Assembly (NCBI GenBank): GCA_963836205.1
Contig: CAWIIV010000003.1
Coordinates: forward strand, 1-27,221
Origin: an uncultured Acidimicrobiia bacterium
GTDB taxonomy: Bacteria > Actinomycetota > Acidimicrobiia > Acidimicrobiales > AC-14
Reading direction: 5' to 3'
DNA: 27,221 nucleotides
Each line of letters begins with the position of its first letter. Position 1 is the first letter of the stretch. The translations under genes and the position numbers were made by a program. The notes beneath the pieces were generated by a model. The model was not told where the DNA came from, did no database searches, and was given only the letters and a program-made list of their open reading frames with translations. Shown piece by piece: positions 1 through 8,077 of this stretch.

Positions 1-160
1 AGCATGTCGAGGAGGTAGGCCAGCACCGACGGCGCCAGCGTGTTCTCGTGGCCCCGGGCGCAGCGGGAGCGGTAGAGGCCGCCGTGGTCGCCGGGCGGGA
101 TGAGGTCGGCCAGCAGCCAGCACGTGGGGCAGGGGACGACTTCGTCGTCCGGCCCATCAT
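1..160 (-). CDS. Partial small hypothetical protein with Cys/His motif, running off the window edge; start probably frameshifted
   Basis: One minus frame reads DGPDDEVVPCPTCWLLADLIPPGDHGGLYRSRCARGHENTLAPSVLAYLLDM with GC3-rich codons. The ATGATG at 160, which overlaps the stop of the upstream gene, is out of that frame. Confidence 0.4.
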   Translation of the reverse strand, partial: MMGRTTKSSPAPRAGCWPTSSRPATTAASTAPAAPGATRTRWRRRCWPTSSTC

Positions 161-471
161 GCCGCCTTCGGCGGGGCCGACTCGGCGGAGGAGGCCGAGT
201 CGACGTCGGTGAAATCGAAGATGGCGTCGAACGGGAAGGCCGACTCCACCGCCGCCCGGGTGTCGGCTTCCTCGATCAGCCCGGTCATCGACTCGCCCGA
301 CATCATGGCGATGACGAGGGCGAGGGCAGCAACGTGGCCCGCCTCCCAACCGTCGCCGTAGCCGGTGAGGTAGTCGAACGTGGGGGCTTCCGGCGCCACC
401 TTGCCCACCGCCCAGTGGCGGGCGGCGGCGTTCTGCAGGAATCCTCGGCACAAGCTCTCGATGTCATCCAT
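157..471 (-). CDS. Hypothetical protein, 104 aa
   Basis: ATG preceded by GAGAGGAG Shine-Dalgarno; host-like codon usage; no family recognised. Confidence 0.7.
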   Translation of the reverse strand: MDDIESLCRGFLQNAAARHWAVGKVAPEAPTFDYLTGYGDGWEAGHVAALALVIAMMSGESMTGLIEEADTRAAVESAFPFDAIFDFTDVDSASSAESAPPKAA

Positions 472-500
472 CGTGCCGCTCCTCTCTGGGCGTCATCCCC

Positions 501-529
501 GTATCGTCATTTCCCCTTTGGGACTTGAG
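501..529 (-). promoter_or_regulatory. Putative sigma28 (FliA/WhiG)-type promoter
   Basis: Minus strand CTCA-N17-GACGATAC, about 30 nt upstream of the ATG at 471. Confidence 0.4.
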
Positions 530-914
530 CCACACACGGCGAATGAGCTTTTCGACCCACCCGGCAATGGGGGCACGGTCGGGGCCGCGTTCCCCCTCCC
601 ACACGGGAACCGCCTCACAGCGAGTCATACGCCCGCTGACCTGCGATGACGCGGCCATCACGCTGTCCACCGACCGAAGACCGCAGGCGGGCCCGCGAGC
701 GCAGGCAGGATCGAGCGTCGATTTTGTCAATACCGGGGCCCTGGCCGGTGACGGGCGCGTCACGCGGACGACCCCGGCCCGCCTCTTCAAGCGACCGCCA
801 CCGGGCGCCGTCGAGGACCCGCCCGTGGCCACCCCTTTGACCGTCGTCGAGCGGCACCAGCACCGCATGGAGGGCCGGGGAAGTAGTCCGATCGGCTCTT
901 TGTCGGCCGCCGGC

Positions 915-940
915 CTCAAGCGCTCTCGGGCGGTGGCCGA
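915..940 (+). promoter_or_regulatory. Putative sigma28 (FliA/WhiG)-type promoter
   Basis: CTCA-N17-GCCGA, ending 10 nt before the ATG at 951. Confidence 0.45.
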
Positions 941-950
941 CCGTTTGTCC

Positions 951-1178
951 ATGGCCACCCGGCGCTTCGTCAGGAGAGCGGAGGAATGGACTGAGGTCGC
1001 CCGCTGGCTGGGTGTCTTCTGGTTCTGCCGCTGCCACTACAGCAACGTCGCCAGCTACCGCTGCTACTACTGCGGGAAGCGGGCGCCGGCAGAGGTCCGC
1101 ACCCTGGTGATCGACACCCTCCGGGCCGCGGAGCGGGTCGAGATCCCGGCCCCCGTACCGGTCTCCGCCCGTCATTAG
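951..1178 (+). CDS. Small zinc-ribbon protein, 75 aa
   Basis: 3' part of ORF 525..1178 from ATG 951; contains WFCRCHYSNVASYRCYYCGKR (W-x-C-x-C-x3-N-x5-C-x2-C, RanBP2-like spacing). Confidence 0.6.
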   Translation: MATRRFVRRAEEWTEVARWLGVFWFCRCHYSNVASYRCYYCGKRAPAEVRTLVIDTLRAAERVEIPAPVPVSARH

Positions 1179-1215
1179 GGACGTTCGGCTCTCCCTGCCC
1201 CAACCCCGGTACGGG

Positions 1216-1221
1216 TACCTT
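1216..1221 (+). promoter_or_regulatory. -10 element for a leaderless hydrogenase transcript
   Basis: TACCTT (TANNNT) 6 nt before ATG 1228; no Shine-Dalgarno. Confidence 0.4.
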
Positions 1222-1227
1222 GATCGC

Positions 1228-2250
1228 ATGGAGCAGGTGCCGGTCCTGTGGCTCACCGCCGGCCTCAGTTGTGACGGCGACTCGATCGCCATGACCGCCG
1301 CCACCCAGCCCAGCCTGGAGGACCTCGTGCTGGGCGCCTTCCCCGGTGTGCCCCGCGTCCGTTTCCACCACCCGGTGCTGGCCTACGAGGTGGGCGACGA
1401 GTTCCTGGCCGGGTTCGAGGACGCGGCGGCGGGCAAGCTCGACCCCTTCATCCTGGTCATCGAGGGCTCCATCCCCGACGAGACGGGCAACGAGGAGGGG
1501 TGTTGGGCCGGCTTCGGCACCGACCCCGCGACCGGCCAGCCCATCCCCACCACCACCTGGGTCGACCGGCTCACGGCCAAGGCGTGGGCGGTGATGGCGG
1601 TGGGCACCTGCGCCGCCTACGGCGGCATCCACGGCATGGCCGGCAACCCCACCGGCGCCATGGGCCTGGCCGACTACCTGGGCTGGGACTGGCGCTCGCA
1701 GGGCGGCATGCCCATCGTCAACCTGCCCGGCTGCCCGATCCAGCCCGACAACTGCACCGAGACCCTGCTCTACCTGGTCCGCCAGCTGGCCGGGCTGGCC
1801 CCGCCGATCCCGCTCGACCACGTCCTGCGCCCCAAGTGGCTGTTCGGCCAGACCCTCCACGAGAACTGCGACCGGGGCGGCTACTACGAGCAGGGCGACT
1901 TCGCCGGCGAATACGGGTCGTCCAAGTGCATCGTCAAGCTCGGGTGCTGGGGACCGGTGGTCGACTGCAACGTGGGCAAGCGGGGGTGGATGAACGGCGT
2001 CGGCGGCTGCGCCAACGTCGGCGGCACGTGCATCGGCTGCACCATGCCCGGCTTCCCCGACAAGTTCCAGCCCTTCCTCGACGAGCCCCCGGGGGCGAGG
2101 ATGTCGTCGTCGGCGGTGCTGCTCTACGGACGGTCGGTACGGGCCCTGCGCAACGTGACCCGTGCGTCGATGAACGTCGAACCGGAGTGGCGAGGGCCGC
2201 TGCCGAAGGGACTGCGGACCGCGGGCGACGACCCGCCGACCGGCGGGTGA
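1228..2250 (+). CDS. hhyS: Group 1h (group 5) [NiFe]-hydrogenase small subunit
   Basis: LWLTAGLSCDGDS, GTCAAYGG, PGCPIQPD, HENCDRGGYY, KCIVKLGCWGP and GGCANVGGTCIGCTMPGFPD Fe-S motifs; no Tat signal, as is typical of Hhy. Confidence 0.95.
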   Translation: MEQVPVLWLTAGLSCDGDSIAMTAATQPSLEDLVLGAFPGVPRVRFHHPVLAYEVGDEFLAGFEDAAAGKLDPFILVIEGSIPDETGNEEGCWAGFGTDPATGQPIPTTTWVDRLTAKAWAVMAVGTCAAYGGIHGMAGNPTGAMGLADYLGWDWRSQGGMPIVNLPGCPIQPDNCTETLLYLVRQLAGLAPPIPLDHVLRPKWLFGQTLHENCDRGGYYEQGDFAGEYGSSKCIVKLGCWGPVVDCNVGKRGWMNGVGGCANVGGTCIGCTMPGFPDKFQPFLDEPPGARMSSSAVLLYGRSVRALRNVTRASMNVEPEWRGPLPKGLRTAGDDPPTGG

Positions 2251-4019
2251 CCGACACCGGCCCCCACCTGGTCGACAAGACGTGGGACCCGATCACCCGC
2301 ATCGTCGGCAGCCTCGGCATCCACGCCCGCATCGACTTCCGTGACCGCAAGGTGGTGCGCTGCCACAGCACGTCGTCGATCTTCCGGGGCTACAGCGTGT
2401 TCATGAAGGGCAAGGACCCCCGCGACGCCCACCAGATCACCAGTCGCATCTGCGGCATCTGCGGCGACAACCACGCCACCGCCTCCGTCTACGCCCAGCA
2501 GATGGCCTACGGGATCAAGCCCCCGCACCTGGCCGAGTGGATCGTCAACCTGGCCGAGGCGGCCGAGTACATGTTCGACCACAACCTCTACCAGGAGAAC
2601 CTGGTGGGGGTGGACTTCTGCGCCCGCATGGTGGGGGAGACCAACCCCGCGGTGCTGGCCCGGGCCGAGGTCACCGAGTCGCCCCACGCCGACGTCCACG
2701 GCTACCGCACCATCGCCGACATCATGCGGGCGTTCAACCCCATGGAGGGTGCCCTCTACCTGGAGGCGCTCAAGATGAGCCGCCTCACCCGGGAGATGTT
2801 CTGCCTGATGGAAGGGCGCCACGTCCACCCGTCGCTGTTGTACCCGGGCGGCGTCGGCACCGTGCCCACGGTCCAGCTCTTCGACGACTACCTGGTGCGG
2901 CTGGTGAAGTACGTCGAGCACCTCAAGCGCATCGTCCCTCTCCACGACGACCTCTTCGACTTCATGTACGAGGCCCTGCCCGGTTACGAGGAGGTCGGCC
3001 GGCGGCGGGTGCTGCTCGGCTCGTGGGGCTCGTTCCAGAACCCGGAGACGTGCGACTTCCGCTACGACCACATGACCTCGTGGGGCCGCGACATGTTCGT
3101 CACGCCCGGCATCGTGGTCGACGGCGATCTGGTCACCACCGACCTGGTCGAGATCAACCTGGGGATGCGGATCCTGCTCGGCAGCTCGTTCTACGAGGAC
3201 TGGGCCGAGGGGGAGACCTTCGTCACCCACGACCCCCTGGGCCACCCCGTCGACCAGCGCCATCCCTGGAACCAGACCACCTCGCCCCGGCCCCAGCGGC
3301 GCAACTTCGAGCCGGGCGGCCACTACACGTGGGTGATGTCGCCCCGGTGGCTCGATGCCCGCACCGGAGAGCATCTCGCCCTCGACACCGGCGGAGGCCC
3401 CCTCGCCCGGCTGTGGGTCACCGCCCTGGCCGGCCGGGTGCACACCTCCTACGTCGACGCGCCGGGCGACGGGTCGGTGCGCATCCGCCTCCCCCGCACC
3501 GCCCACCTACCCGAGACCGAGCTCACCTGGCGGGTGCCGCGGTGGTCGAACACCATCGAGCGCGACCGGGCCCGCACCTACTTCCAGGCCTACAGCGCGT
3601 CCATCGCCTTCCACTTCCTGGAACAGGCGATGGCGGAGGTGAGCGCGGGCCGGCTCGACGTGTGGACGCCGTTCGAGGTGCCCGACGAGGCCGTCTCGTG
3701 CGGGTTCCACGAGGCGGTACGGGGCGTCCTGTCCCACCACATGGTGATCCGCAAGGGCCGCATCGCCAACTACCACCCGTACCCGCCCACCTGCTGGAAC
3801 GCCAGCCCCCGGGACTCGTTCGGCACCGCCGGCCCCTATGAGGACGCGGTCGCGGGATCGCCGGTGTTCGAGGAGAACGGGGCCGACCAGTTCAAGGGCA
3901 TCGACATCATGCGCACCGTCCGCAGCTTCGACCCCTGCCTGCCCTGCGGCGTCCACCTCTATCTGGGCGGGGGAAAGGTGCACCGGGCCCTCCACGGCCC
4001 CACGCTCGGGGTCCGGTGA
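2247..4019 (+). CDS. hhyL: Group 1h [NiFe]-hydrogenase large subunit, 590 aa
   Basis: GTG overlapping the hhyS stop (GTGA); WDPITRIVGSLG, L1 TSRICGICGDNH, L2 SFDPCLPCGVH plus a 20-aa C-terminal extension. Confidence 0.97.
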   Translation: MTDTGPHLVDKTWDPITRIVGSLGIHARIDFRDRKVVRCHSTSSIFRGYSVFMKGKDPRDAHQITSRICGICGDNHATASVYAQQMAYGIKPPHLAEWIVNLAEAAEYMFDHNLYQENLVGVDFCARMVGETNPAVLARAEVTESPHADVHGYRTIADIMRAFNPMEGALYLEALKMSRLTREMFCLMEGRHVHPSLLYPGGVGTVPTVQLFDDYLVRLVKYVEHLKRIVPLHDDLFDFMYEALPGYEEVGRRRVLLGSWGSFQNPETCDFRYDHMTSWGRDMFVTPGIVVDGDLVTTDLVEINLGMRILLGSSFYEDWAEGETFVTHDPLGHPVDQRHPWNQTTSPRPQRRNFEPGGHYTWVMSPRWLDARTGEHLALDTGGGPLARLWVTALAGRVHTSYVDAPGDGSVRIRLPRTAHLPETELTWRVPRWSNTIERDRARTYFQAYSASIAFHFLEQAMAEVSAGRLDVWTPFEVPDEAVSCGFHEAVRGVLSHHMVIRKGRIANYHPYPPTCWNASPRDSFGTAGPYEDAVAGSPVFEENGADQFKGIDIMRTVRSFDPCLPCGVHLYLGGGKVHRALHGPTLGVR

Positions 4020-4037
4020 CCCCGGGTCGGTGACCGA

Positions 4038-5543
4038 GTGAGCGACACCGGCCCCGTCGACGTGGCCGGGCTGGAGGCGCACCTGGCGGCGATGGCCGTC
4101 GGCGACAGCGAGGCCCTGGAGGCCATGCTCCGCCTGGCCGAGGTGGTCTTCCCGGGACGGGTGGGCATCGGCGACCGGGAGCGAGTCGTGTGGCCGACCG
4201 CCGGCCACCACCACGGTGGCGCCGCCCATCCGGGCGACGACGCCGACCTCAGCGAGCGCGACCAGCTGGCCGCCAACGTGCGTCGATCGGAGGTCCGCTT
4301 CCAGTCCCTCGTGGAACAGGTGCCGGCGGTGGTGTTCTCCGCCGCCCTCGGCGACGCCGACAACGAGGTCTACGTCAGCCCCCACATCGAGACCGTGCTC
4401 GGGTTCACCCAGCAGGAGTGGCTGACCAACCCCCTCCTCTGGTACTCCCAGCTCCACCCCGACGACCACGACGTGGTGATCGAGGCCTTCACCCGGGGCG
4501 TGCAGACGGGGGGGCCGTTCCGGGCCGAGGTGCGCTTCATCTCCCGCGACGGCGAGGAGGTCTGGATCCTGGGCGAGGCCCGCCTCATCCGCGACGACGC
4601 CGGCCGGTTGGCCTACTTCCAGGGCGTGGGCTTCGACATCACGCCGTCCAAGCGGGCGCAGGCGATGATGGCGGAGGCCGAGCACGTCCGGGTGGAGGCG
4701 GCCCAGCTCCTGGCCGAGGTCTACGCCGCCCGCAACGTGGAGCTGGCCGAGCTCAACGAGCAGCTACGGGTGGCGGTGGACCAGGCGGAGGCGGCCGAGG
4801 CCCTCCAGCGCCAGCTCCTGGCCCGGGAGCGGGAGGTCGTCGACCGCCTGACCCGCCTCGACCGCGACAAGAACGACTTCGTGTCCAGCGTCAGCCACGA
4901 GCTGCGGACGCCCGTCACCAGCATGCTGGGCTACCTGGAGATGCTCGGCGACGGCGACGCGGGGCCGCTCAACGTCCAGCAGACCCGCATGCTGGAGGTG
5001 ATCAGCCGCAACAGCCGGCGGCTCCTCAACCGCATCGAGGACCTGCTGACGGTGTCGGGCGTGGAGGCGGGCAAGATCCGGCTGACGCTGACGCCGGTGG
5101 CGGTTCCACTGCTGATCGAGTCGGCGGTGGCGGCCATGGCCCCGGCCCTGTCGGGACGGGAGCTGAAGCTCACGGTCGACGTGGCCGACGACGCCATGAC
5201 CGTCACCGCCGACGCCGAGCACCTCGACCGGGTCCTCATCAACCTGTTGAGCAACGCGGTCAAGTTCACGCCCGACGGCGGCCGGATCTCGGTCTCGGTG
5301 GGCCGGCAGGGCGACACGGTGGCGCTGGTGGTGGCCGACACCGGCCTCGGCATCCCCGAGGACGAGCAGTCGCGGGTCTTCGAGCGGTTCTTCCGGTCGT
5401 CCAACGCCCAGGAGCTGGCCATCGCCGGCACCGGGCTGGGCCTGGTGATCGTGAAGGGGATCGTCGAGCTCCACGGGGGGGCGGTGGCACTGCGGTCGAC
5501 CCCCGGCGTCGGCACCGAGGTCACCATCAGCCTCCCCGCCTGA
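4038..5543 (+). CDS. Cytoplasmic PAS/PAC-domain sensor histidine kinase
   Basis: PAS (YVSPHIETVLGF, LHPDD, RDGEEVWI, FDIT), probable coiled coil, H-box SHELRTP, N-box NLLSNAVKF, DTGLGI, FERFFR, GTGLGL; no transmembrane segment seen. Confidence 0.95.
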   Translation: MSDTGPVDVAGLEAHLAAMAVGDSEALEAMLRLAEVVFPGRVGIGDRERVVWPTAGHHHGGAAHPGDDADLSERDQLAANVRRSEVRFQSLVEQVPAVVFSAALGDADNEVYVSPHIETVLGFTQQEWLTNPLLWYSQLHPDDHDVVIEAFTRGVQTGGPFRAEVRFISRDGEEVWILGEARLIRDDAGRLAYFQGVGFDITPSKRAQAMMAEAEHVRVEAAQLLAEVYAARNVELAELNEQLRVAVDQAEAAEALQRQLLAREREVVDRLTRLDRDKNDFVSSVSHELRTPVTSMLGYLEMLGDGDAGPLNVQQTRMLEVISRNSRRLLNRIEDLLTVSGVEAGKIRLTLTPVAVPLLIESAVAAMAPALSGRELKLTVDVADDAMTVTADAEHLDRVLINLLSNAVKFTPDGGRISVSVGRQGDTVALVVADTGLGIPEDEQSRVFERFFRSSNAQELAIAGTGLGLVIVKGIVELHGGAVALRSTPGVGTEVTISLPA

Positions 5544-5559
5544 ACGCTCTCCGGGCGCG

Positions 5560-5606
5560 AAAAGGGCGCCCACTCGGCTGACGGCGGACCAGCCGAGAAG
5601 GGCGCC
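5560..5606 (-). terminator. Intrinsic terminator-like hairpin between convergent genes
   Basis: Minus strand GGCGCCC-TT-CTCGGCTG-(9 nt loop)-CAGCCGAG-T-GGGCGCC followed by CTTTT. Confidence 0.55.
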
Positions 5607-5698
5607 GGCCCATATGTTGGCGGGTTCCGCGCCGCTATGCAAGACAGACCGGTCAGTCGCCTCGATTTCTTTCCGAAACCGCTCGGCGGCCGGGCCGT

Positions 5699-5719
5699 GA
5701 CCCCGGCGGCTCCGGGGTC
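5699..5719 (-). terminator. Hairpin just after the UBP-ZnF stop codon
   Basis: GACCCCGG-(5 nt)-CCGGGGTC perfect 8-bp stem; no U-tract. Confidence 0.4.
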
Positions 5720-5723
5720 GAAG

Positions 5724-6014
5724 TCACGGGTGGTGGAACGAGGGGGCGCCGGGGACGAGGAAGGCGACCTCGTCGACGTAGCACCACCACCACTCCTCAC
5801 CGGGCTCGTAGGTCTGGATCAGGGGGTGGGCGGTGCTGCGGAAGTGGGCGGTGGCGTGGCGGTTGGGGGAGCTGTCGCAGCAGCCCACGTGGCCGCACGC
5901 CATGCACAGCCGCAGGTGGACCCACCGCCCGCCGATGGCCAGGCAGTCCTCGCACCCGTCGGCGTGGGGCGAGACGGCGGCGGCCTGGTCGAGATGGGTG
6001 CAGGTGTCGGGCAT
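5724..6014 (-). CDS. UBP-type zinc-finger protein, 96 aa
   Basis: CTHL, GCEDC, WVHLRLCMACGHVGCCDSSPNRHATAH and EPGEEWWWCYVDE motifs; ATG at 6014. Confidence 0.9.
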   Translation of the reverse strand: MPDTCTHLDQAAAVSPHADGCEDCLAIGGRWVHLRLCMACGHVGCCDSSPNRHATAHFRSTAHPLIQTYEPGEEWWWCYVDEVAFLVPGAPSFHHP

Positions 6015-6031
6015 GGGTCCCCTCTGGTGTA

Positions 6032-7432
6032 TCAGCCTCGGGCGCAGGATGTTCCCGGACGGCGGGCGGCGGTCGACCAGTCGGGATCGTCGGTGCGGGG
6101 CCAGTAGTCGCCGGTCCCCGGGTCCTGGTCGTAGGGGACGGGCGGGTCGTCGCCACCGGCGATGGCGGCTACGGCGGCCAGGAAGCGGTCGATGTCGGCC
6201 GCAGTGGTCGACAGCCCGGCGCTGGCCCGCACCGCGCCCGGGATGTGGCGCCGGTCGCCCCGAAGCACGGCCGACCGGTACGAGGCGACCTCGCCCTCGT
6301 CGAGGCCGAGCAGGCGCAGGAGGTAGGGGTGGGCGCAGAAGCACCCGTGGCGGACGCCGATGGCGTGCTCCGCGCTCAGCCGGGCCGCGACCAGGGCGTG
6401 GTGGACGCCGTCGACCACGAACGTGGCCAGGGGCAGGGTGGGCGCCCCCAGGGCCGGGCCCAGCAGGTGCACGCCGTCGATGGCGGCCAGCCCGTGGCGG
6501 AGGCGGTCGGCCATGGCGTCGTCGTGGGCGACGATGGCGGGCCAGCCGAGCTTGGCCAGCTCGTCGATGGCGGCGTGGAGGGCGATCGCGCCCACGACGT
6601 TGGGCGAGCCCGCCTCCTCCCGCTCGGGCGGGTCGGTCCACACCACCTCGTCGAGGTCGACCAGGTCGACGGCCCCCCCGCCGGCCAGGAAAGGGTCGCC
6701 CGTCTCGAAGGTCGACCGGGGGCCGACCAGGACGCCCCCGCCGTAGGGGGCGTACATCTTGTGGCCGCTCCAGGCGAGGAAGTCGGCGCTGGCGGGAAGC
6801 GGGCGGTGGGCCGCCAGCTGGGCCGCGTCGACCAGCACCGGGATTCCCCGCTCGTGGGCGGCGGCCACGATGTCGTCGGTGGGTGGAATCCAGCCGGTGA
6901 CGTTGGACGCACCGGTGACGGTCAGCAGCCGGGGCCGGGGCCCGTCGTCGAGGACGGCCGCCACGTCGTCGGCGTCGAAGGTGCCGTCGGGCCGGCACTC
7001 CACGTACCGGCGGCGGGCCAGGCGGGCCCAGGGGAGGAGGTTGGCGTGGTGCTCGACGACGGTGGTGACCACGACGTCGTCGGGCGCCAGCCGCAGCCGG
7101 TAGGCGAGGTGGTTGACGGCCTCGGTGGTGTTGCGGCAGATGATGGCCACGTCGGTGGCCTCGTTCTTGCCGGCGAAGGCGAGGGCCGCGGCCCGGGCCT
7201 CCTCGTACTCGGCGGTGGCGAGCTGCGACTTCCACCCCGCCCCCCGGTGCACGCTCGAGTACTGGGGCATGAAGTCGGCGACCCGCTGGGCGACGGCCGG
7301 CAGGGCACTGGTGGACGCGGCCGCGTCGAGGGACAGGTAGGGCCGCTGGAGACCGTCGATGCAGGGTGCGCTCAGGCCGTCGCCGACCAGCTCGACGCCG
7401 AGACTGTCGCCTTCCGGCGCCTGATCCGGCAC
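6032..7432 (-). CDS. Class V aminotransferase, SufS-type cysteine desulfurase-like
   Basis: LDAAAST, YSSVHRG, EHHANLLPW, DAAQ, SGHKMYAP (PLP Lys), EAGSPN, RHGCFCAHP (catalytic Cys motif). Confidence 0.9.
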   Translation of the reverse strand: MPDQAPEGDSLGVELVGDGLSAPCIDGLQRPYLSLDAAASTSALPAVAQRVADFMPQYSSVHRGAGWKSQLATAEYEEARAAALAFAGKNEATDVAIICRNTTEAVNHLAYRLRLAPDDVVVTTVVEHHANLLPWARLARRRYVECRPDGTFDADDVAAVLDDGPRPRLLTVTGASNVTGWIPPTDDIVAAAHERGIPVLVDAAQLAAHRPLPASADFLAWSGHKMYAPYGGGVLVGPRSTFETGDPFLAGGGAVDLVDLDEVVWTDPPEREEAGSPNVVGAIALHAAIDELAKLGWPAIVAHDDAMADRLRHGLAAIDGVHLLGPALGAPTLPLATFVVDGVHHALVAARLSAEHAIGVRHGCFCAHPYLLRLLGLDEGEVASYRSAVLRGDRRHIPGAVRASAGLSTTAADIDRFLAAVAAIAGGDDPPVPYDQDPGTGDYWPRTDDPDWSTAARRPGTSCARG

Positions 7433-7438
7433 GCCCCC

Positions 7439-7444
7439 ATTCTA
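7439..7444 (-). promoter_or_regulatory. -10 element for a leaderless desulfurase transcript
   Basis: TAGAAT 6 nt upstream of GTG 7432 on the minus strand. Confidence 0.55.
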
Positions 7445-7498
7445 CCGGCCACCCGTATTTCGGTGGCACGTCCCGGGGGGGTCGGCGAAGCTCAGGCC

Positions 7499-8059
7499 GT
7501 GCGCCACCTGACGAGGGACGAGCTGGCCGCGGGCCTGGACGACATCGCCCGGTCGCCGGTGGACGGCGGGCGGGTCGAGCTGATCGTCCGCCGGCCGTCG
7601 CCGGGAGCGCGCCAGATCCTGGCCGAGGGGACGCTCGACCCCGACCTCGGCCTGGTCGGAGACGGCTGGCAGGTGCTCGGCTGCCCCGACACCCCCGACG
7701 GATCGTCGCACCCCGACATGCAGCTCACCGTCATGAACGCCCGGGTCGCGGCCTTGCTGGCCGTCGACCCCGACCGGCGGGCCCTGGCCGGCGACCAGCT
7801 CTATCTCGACCTCGACCTCGGCGTCGACAACCTGCCGCCGGGATCCCGCCTGGCCGTCGGATCGGCCGTCATCGAGGTCACCGACCAGCCCCACCTCGGC
7901 TGTCCCAAGTTCGCCGCCCACTTCGGAGGGTCCGCCCTCCGCTTCGTGAACTCCCGGGCGGGACGCAGCCTCCGACTGCGGGGGGTCAACGCCAAGGTGA
8001 TCCTGGGCGGGACGGTGCGGGTGGGCGACCGGGTGGAGAAGCTCCGTGCCGCCTGCTGA
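7499..8059 (+). CDS. MOSC-domain protein, 186 aa
   Basis: 3' part of ORF 6245..8059 from GTG 7499; GLVGD, AGDQLYLDLDL, GSAVIEVTDQPHLGCPKF, RGVNAKVILGGTVRVGD. Confidence 0.85.
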   Translation: MRHLTRDELAAGLDDIARSPVDGGRVELIVRRPSPGARQILAEGTLDPDLGLVGDGWQVLGCPDTPDGSSHPDMQLTVMNARVAALLAVDPDRRALAGDQLYLDLDLGVDNLPPGSRLAVGSAVIEVTDQPHLGCPKFAAHFGGSALRFVNSRAGRSLRLRGVNAKVILGGTVRVGDRVEKLRAAC

Positions 8060-8077
8060 CCGCCGCCGAATCGCCCG

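Noticed and set aside
725-730. TTGACA on the minus strand
   Set aside because: No TANNNT at 16-18 nt spacing.
1500-2246. 839-aa ORF suggesting an N-terminally extended large subunit
   Set aside because: The extension is an Arg/Pro/Gly-rich off-frame read of hhyS; homology starts at GTG 2247.
6015-7498. Apparent long fusions 5724..7469(-) and 6245..8059(+)
   Set aside because: These are shadow frames of the desulfurase; the real genes start at 6014 and 7499.
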